Below, piece by piece: positions 58,345 to 64,000 of a DNA stretch of 64,000 nucleotides. The number at the start of each line of letters is the position of its first letter. The stretch's first letter is position 1. Source of the stretch: Paraspadella gotoi (lineage: Eukaryota; Animalia; Chaetognatha); contig CM119265.1 in the NCBI GenBank assembly GCA_051294375.1, positions 19,868,880 through 19,932,879 of the forward strand, given 5' to 3'. The notes under the pieces are model-generated. The model worked only from the letters and a program-made list of their open reading frames with translations, ran no database searches and was not told where the DNA came from. Made by a program: the position numbers and the translations under genes.

Positions 58345-61300
58345 ATGGTGACGACTTCGCAGAATTTGGTGATGGATCTCGGGAGAGTGGAGCTCTCGTG
58401 TCTGTCCGCTGCCATCCAATCACTTCACGACACAGGTTCCGTGGAACTTGGATTAAAAAATGGGCTCGTCCGGGAGTCGAACCCGGGACCTCTCGCACCC
58501 GAAGCGAGAATCATACCACTAGACCAACGAGCCAAACTTATTTTAATGGTTATTAGTGGGCGGGTAATTCTATGAAGCCTTTTTAATTTTTTTTATAGAA
58601 AATAATGATTTATTACGTATTACGTAAATTGAGTTAACATTGACTCAATAAATTGCTCTCCATTTTATTTTCCTCCAAAACGGTTTAGCTTTAAATTAAA
58701 AAGATTGGGTACCACTCATATCGCTGCCCGGTTAGCTCAGTCGGTAGAGCACAGGACTCTTAATCCTGGGGTCGTGGGTTCGAGCCCCACATTGGGCGCA
58801 TCTATTTTTTAAGGTTATTCGTAAATTTTATAATTTTAATATATTTAAGATATTGTAGAATCGGCTTAATACCGTATCTTAAAATTTTCACCAGTCACCA
58901 CCTATGCCATAATTATTTTTTTCCCTTGCAATTAGCACAACAATAAACTTAATTGGTGAAGTTTTCTTCTAACTTCTGTCATTTAATTTAATTTGCAATT
59001 TCCCACCAGTCAAAAGCAACGTGGCGAGTGCCAATTTGCTTAAAGAATCGACTCCAGTTGTTTCCGCCTGCAGCGGGGAGGCGCAACGATCTCAGAAGGA
59101 TGACTTCGACACTTCGGAAAGAAAAAAGGTAAATTTCAACAAATGAGCAACGTCCAGTGAATTCCAGCTCAATTTTTATTCACCTTTTGGACTGAAAACC
59201 TTTCCTGAAATCATAACAGTTGCTTAGAGTTAGCTTAAAATTACTTCATGCACTTTAATATTTTGTATTATTCACACATAAGCTGCTGTAATGAATATTG
59301 TAATAAATATTGTAGCACGTAAATGGTTTTAATTTTTATTTTATTAAACCTTTTGCTGGATAATAGATCTTTAGGAAATCTATTCTAATAGTATTACATT
59401 ATGTTCAGGAAGTGACAATGCCCGAATCGGCCATGGAGCACCCTGGAAAGACCATGATTTACTTAAGAGTCGTTTTCCTCAAAATCGGCGACGTCGACAC
59501 GGTCAAAGAAAACTACAAGGCCGACATCTACATCCAGGCCAAATGGCGAGAACCCTGTCTCGATGGGTTGGATCCCAACAAAACCATCGTCGATATGACT
59601 ACGAGTAATAAGGACGGATAGAGGGAGAGGGATAAAAGGACGGATAGAGGCAGAGCGATATAGGGACGGATAGAGGGAGAGGGATAAAAGGACGGTTAGA
59701 GGGAGAGCGATATAGGGACGGATAGAGGGGCTTTGAGTGCGAGGGTCACTGATTGACGTTCAAATAGTAGATGAGAATTTTTTTTAAATTCGATAACATT
59801 GAAGTTGAAGTTGAAGTTGAAAATTCAACTTGAATAAAATCCAAAACATGGAGGAAGGGGAATTTCGGTCCTATGGCGACTTCAAACGGTCGCCACACTA
59901 AAATTCTGAAATGCACGAGATCAGTGATCCCTTGTGATTAGGAGATGGGCAGTGGGGAACTAATCTTGGGTAAGTATTTGTATTTAAGTCGCCTAAATAC
60001 AACTTTCTTAGTTTGGAATCCGAACCTCTACTTCGAAAACATCATCGGCGGAGGAAAGGGCAAAAACTGGACGACATGGCAGCTGACGACTCGAGGGGAG
60101 GCTTGGGTGTTCGAACGACGCCTGCTGAAGGTCTGTTACGGGATTTGACGTCGAGAAGGATCGAATAATAAATATAATCATTAAAGAATGCCAAAGAGGG
60201 ACTAACCGAAGATCTGACAGAACCCTAATCAATTTTCCAGCTTAAAAAATCATCTTAAGGGAACCCAGTGATGGAAGGGGGTCAAGGTGGGTGAAAGGCT
60301 GATTTCATAAAGTTTGGTGCTTCAAACTTCCCCAATTCCAAAAATGTAACTCATTCTTCTCTAGTCTAATGGGAAAGTGGTAAAAAAATTCGTTTTCGTC
60401 AGCTCCGCCGATTTTCGTTTAAAAATTCGGTAAGGGGCAAATCTTTTCAAAGTTTTGAATTTTTTTTCTTGTAAAGATAGTATAAAATTTTTTTAATATT
60501 TACAACTTTTGAAGAGACAGTAATTATTGTTATGAGTAGTTGACCAGAACCGTTCAATATAAGCAGTCCCTGAGCTTCGGATCAGGCTGTAACACCGTGT
60601 TACAGGCGGGTTAAGCGCCCCGTCCCTCTTAACTGCCAGACGACCACCGGGCTAGAACCCCGGACCTTTGGGTTGGGAGGCGAATGACTTTACTCCGGCA
60701 CCAATGGCCGCTGATGAACGGTTGGTGGATTTTAGTCCACCATACATCCCCCCCTCCCGTAGGGAGAAGTCTGTTGCGTCTCTTCAGTGAATTGTTGTTG
60801 TGTGGAAAGTTCGTCACCAAGTTGAGGCATGTCGCCTGATGTGTTGTGGCGGAAAGTGCATCGCCATGTTGAGGCATGTCGCCTGAAAGTGTTGTTGTTG
60901 CTGTTGTGTTTGGAAGTCGGGCTCACCAATGAAGAGACAGTAATTATTGTTATGAGTTAGTGACAGAACCATTCAATATAAGCAGTCCCTGAGCTTCGGA
61001 TCAGGCTGTAACACCATGTTACAGGCGGGTTAAGCGCCCGTCCCTCTTAACTGCCAGACGACACACCGCTAGAACCCCGGACCTTTGGGTTGGGAGGCGA
61101 ATGGCTTTACTCCGGCACCAATGGCCGCTGATGAATGGTTGGTGGATTTTAGTCCACCATACTTTATACTAAACAACGGCAACTGCAAAGTTTTATTAAC
61201 AATAATATTAAATACGGACATGTTTCGATTCTTACTCGAGTCTTCACAGCGCGAAATTAAAAAAAAACATAAATATTTTTTTTCAAAAAAAAATTATACT

Positions 61301-63535
61301 AAACATTAATTCTTGAAAGCTGACATATTTCCAACAATGGCTAACTTATTTTCTCCCACAAAATATAACAGTAGTGATTAGCGATAAAAAAGTTTGAAAG
61401 AAAACTTTTAGAGAATAATTAAATCATTTAATTTTAATCGTGAATTTAGAACTTTTTTTGTTTATAAACAAAATTTTAATGAATAACGCGACTTCTAATC
61501 TGTGCTATACTATCTCAGTACTGAATTATAAAATCTCACTGAGAAGAGATAAAAAAAATCTGAGAGTACTAATGTTTAGAAGAAAAATACAATAAAGTAA
61601 CCCTATAATTATTTTGTCCTTGTTCGCCTTACAAGGGAGTTTTGACTTCTTTTTTTTCACTTTCCCCTATCATTAAGAAGATGAAAACATAACTGTTAAA
61701 AAGCTTTTATTAAATGAGGCTTGCACTAATAATTTTAGCTCTTTACATTTAAAAGTTAAAAAATAAAAAAATTGCGAAAAATTATTTCCCCTGCATAAGT
61801 AAGACAATGGAGGATACCAGTATTTAGGGAAGACCATTTAAACATTTTTTCAATAATTATCTCATCCTTGTTCGCCTTGCAACTTGGAGAAGCAAATTTT
61901 TTTTCACTTTCCCATGCAAAGAAAAATTAATAACTATCACCATTTGAATTCCTTTAATGATAAACCCTTAAGCTTATTATATAATTTTTATCAATGGGTT
62001 CCCTTAAGACTAATTTTTGAAAACAAACCAATATTCGCTGGTTTTTCTTTTTTATTCCTTTTTGACAAATCTCATTCATACTTCTTTTCGTGTTTCTTCC
62101 CACTCAGGGCACGTTCGCCGAGACGCTGGAATTGATGGACTTTCCCTTCGACGTCCAAGACTTGAGCGTCATCGTGGCGACAGACAAGACGACTCTCGAG
62201 GTCGACCTTGTCCAGGATCAGGACGAGATGTCCGCCATCACGGTCGCGCCCTTCGTCGAGCAGACGGTGAAATCGGGGTTACGGTAGAGGATGGTCCGAT
62301 GTTGTAGAGGCACATAAATCATTTAATGACAATAAATATGAAGAGACACGAGAAAAGACATGTTGTAAAATGGCGAGATCAAGAGAGACTGAAAAGAGAG
62401 AGAGAGAGAGAGAGAGAGCTCTGGTAGCCTCAAAAAAATAATGAGAATGTAAATAATAAAAATATATAAAAACAGTAACTGACAAATTAATATTAGCAGT
62501 TGATTTTAACGAACTCAGCTTATGATGGAGTATGAACACTGAGCAGTGAGCACTGAGCATTGAGCAGAGAAGTGTTCGAAAGCAATAAATATTTAGTACT
62601 CGGTATGTTTGAGCGTTGGGCAAATCTTTATCAATTCTTTTCCAGGAGTGGGACTTGTACAAACACGTAGAGACGGCCAAGATGTCTGTGGTGCACGGTT
62701 ACTCATCCACAACCAAATCATACCCCACCTTCTCCTGCATCGCCCGCGCCGCCAGGAGACCCGGATATTTCTACTGGAACATTTTTCTCGTACTTTTCTT
62801 CATCAATTCGCTCAGGTGGTGGCGATGTTGTTGCTGCAACTGCTTTTGCTGCTGCTGTTCTTTGTTGTTGCTGTCGTAGTTGTAGTTGAAACAATGCCAT
62901 CGACGATTCCTCGAATCTTTCTCCAGTTTCACGACCTTCAGCGTCGACGAAAGTTACGTCCAAAATCGTCTTCAACTTTCCTTCACGCTGTTACTGACCA
63001 CGGTCTCTTTCAAATTCGTGATTAACCGGACGGTACCGAGACTTTCCTACCTCACCTCTCTGGACAAGTGAGAAACTAAAAGTTCGTTCGAAGGTAATTA
63101 TTTGTGAAAATTAACTCATTTTCGTGATCTTTTTCTCAGATATGTGTTGGCTTCGATCATGATGTTATGTCTCATGTGCGTCTGGCACGCGGCATGCGGA
63201 ATTTTCAGGTGATGAAACGTATTGCGTATTAAATTTACTTGACTCTTAGTTTTTTTTATATTAAATTTCAATTTTTAAATATTTCGAACGTAGAAATATA
63301 CTAGGAAAAAAGTGTAACCGGTAGTCTACAAGAACGAAAATAAAGTAGAACCGCAATTTTATAGTCATTATCAACAGAGAGATATGTACAGATCGTAATG
63401 ATGTAATACGTGAGTTAGTATATTGGTAAGTCGGCTCAACCACCCGATTTCAGAGACGACACGGCGGAACACTATCTCGTGACTGACAAGAAAGTCTGCG
63501 CCACGATGTTGGGCGTCTACATCGTTTATCACACG
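58345..63535 (+). CDS. Cys-less pentameric ligand-gated ion channel subunit (3' end probably beyond the window)
   Basis: Phase-consistent exons 58345-58435 (tentative), 59010-59128, 59409-59604, 60012-60130, 62108-62266, 62646-62815, 62927-63067, 63140-63208, 63454-63535. Motifs IGDVDTVKENYKADIYIQAKWREP, WNPNLYFEN, LELMDFPFDVQDL, EWDL, RRPGYFYWNIF (pre-M1), RLQLSFTLLLT (M2), VPRLSYLTSLDKY (M2-M3). Confidence 0.9.
58462..58533 (-). tRNA. tRNA-Pro (anticodon CGG)
   Basis: GGCTCGTTGGTCTAGTGGTATGATTCTCGCTTCGGGTGCGAGAGGTCCCGGGTTCGACTCCCGGACGAGCCC; full cloverleaf, followed by an oligo-T terminator. Confidence 0.97.
58726..58798 (+). tRNA. tRNA-Lys (anticodon CTT)
   Basis: GCCCGGTTAGCTCAGTCGGTAGAGCACAGGACTCTTAATCCTGGGGTCGTGGGTTCGAGCCCCACATTGGGCG; full cloverleaf, oligo-T terminator downstream. 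Confidence 0.97.
59612..59729. repeat. Purine-rich minisatellite, unit about 25-26 bp, about 5 copies
   Basis: GGACGGATAGAGGGAGAG(G/C)GATA... repeated, with two alternating variants. Confidence 0.9.
60259..62003. mobile_element. Non-autonomous TTAA-targeting DNA transposon (Kolobok-like termini)
   Basis: TTAA|GGGAACCCAGTGAT ... ATCAATGGGTTCCC|TTAA; 13 of 14 TIR positions match; purine-start termini fit Kolobok rather than piggyBac (CC start). Confidence 0.7.
60510..61161 (-). mobile_element. Miniature non-autonomous LTR retrotransposon (TRIM) with tRNA-derived LTRs, Helenus-like
   Basis: LTRs 60930-61161 and 60510-60744; PBS TGGTGAGCCCGAC (minus strand, 60928-60916) 1 nt from the 5' LTR; [15 protein letters not shown] (60758-60747); 185-bp non-coding interior; 4-bp TSD CTTT (60506-60509 and 61162-61165). 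Confidence 0.9.
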
Positions 63536-64000
63536 GTGAGTAACGATAATCATTAATCAATGTATCGAGCGTTTGAAGGACAGAATGAACGAGTGGTATG
63601 AAAGCTGGAAAGGGTAAGGAGTGAAAGTTATGTAGCGCGATCAATTTTCAATTAGTAAAGACTCATTGATCTCTGTCACTGCGTTCGCCATTTGCACGAC
63701 GCTCTTTCTTGAAAGCAATAACATGTCGTCGTTGCAAGTTTGAAGGTTTTATTTATAGAGTACAAAGGATGTTAAGCGTATGCAAAGTCCTAAGTGTATC
63801 ATATTTTTTTCTCTATTAAGAAATTATCCGTAATGAGTTGTCCCAAAGTATAATATTTTCCTTTTAAAAAGGTGAAAACATTCATTGAAAAAAAATAGTA
63901 AAGCAACCGAAGAGAGGAAAAAGAAAATTAAGAGAAAACGGAAGGCCCGGGAAGATTAAGGGAAAGATGAAAGGAAAGAGTAAAGCAAATAAGGGAAGGA

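Noticed and set aside
58201-58575. 124-aa ORF overlapping tRNA-Pro
   Set aside because: The 3' part is the antisense of the tRNA; only 58345-58435 is a plausible exon.
60640-60711. Functional tRNA-Gly(CCC) gene
   Set aside because: D-arm and anticodon stem do not pair and it lies within an LTR; treated as a tRNA-derived module.
60708-60745. Hammerhead ribozyme suggested by CTGATGA in the LTR
   Set aside because: No GAAA after the following stem and no stem III/NUH arrangement.

Overview
AT-rich metazoan (invertebrate-like) nuclear DNA from a draft assembly, with three N gaps, abundant (GA/CT)n microsatellites and mostly canonical GT-AG introns. Hand-spliced gene models: a probable ERM-family first coding exon (MPKP, minus strand, running off the window); an AIG1/TRAFAC-like P-loop GTPase with a Cys-motif domain and a repetitive tail; a 14-exon WW plus multi-CUE-like protein (minus) whose first coding intron holds an antisense RRM-protein gene; a LITAF-domain gene; CTDSPL2; a CERS1-type ceramide synthase; and a 3'-incomplete Cys-less pentameric ligand-gated ion channel. 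RNA genes: tRNA-Pro(CGG), tRNA-Lys(CTT) and a U2 snRNA. The two best leads are (1) the U2 snRNA, which is structurally intact but has its normally invariant branch-point recognition sequence GUAGUA replaced by UAUCAUCA, and (2) a 652-bp miniature LTR retrotransposon (PBS, PPT, 4-bp TSD, plus a solo LTR elsewhere) whose LTRs carry a tRNA-derived module (Helenus/Cassandra-like). Also present: a Penelope-type inverted repeat with a variant hammerhead motif, a 2.5-kb TA-flanked foldback and several MITE-like elements. All models were read by eye; no searches were run.
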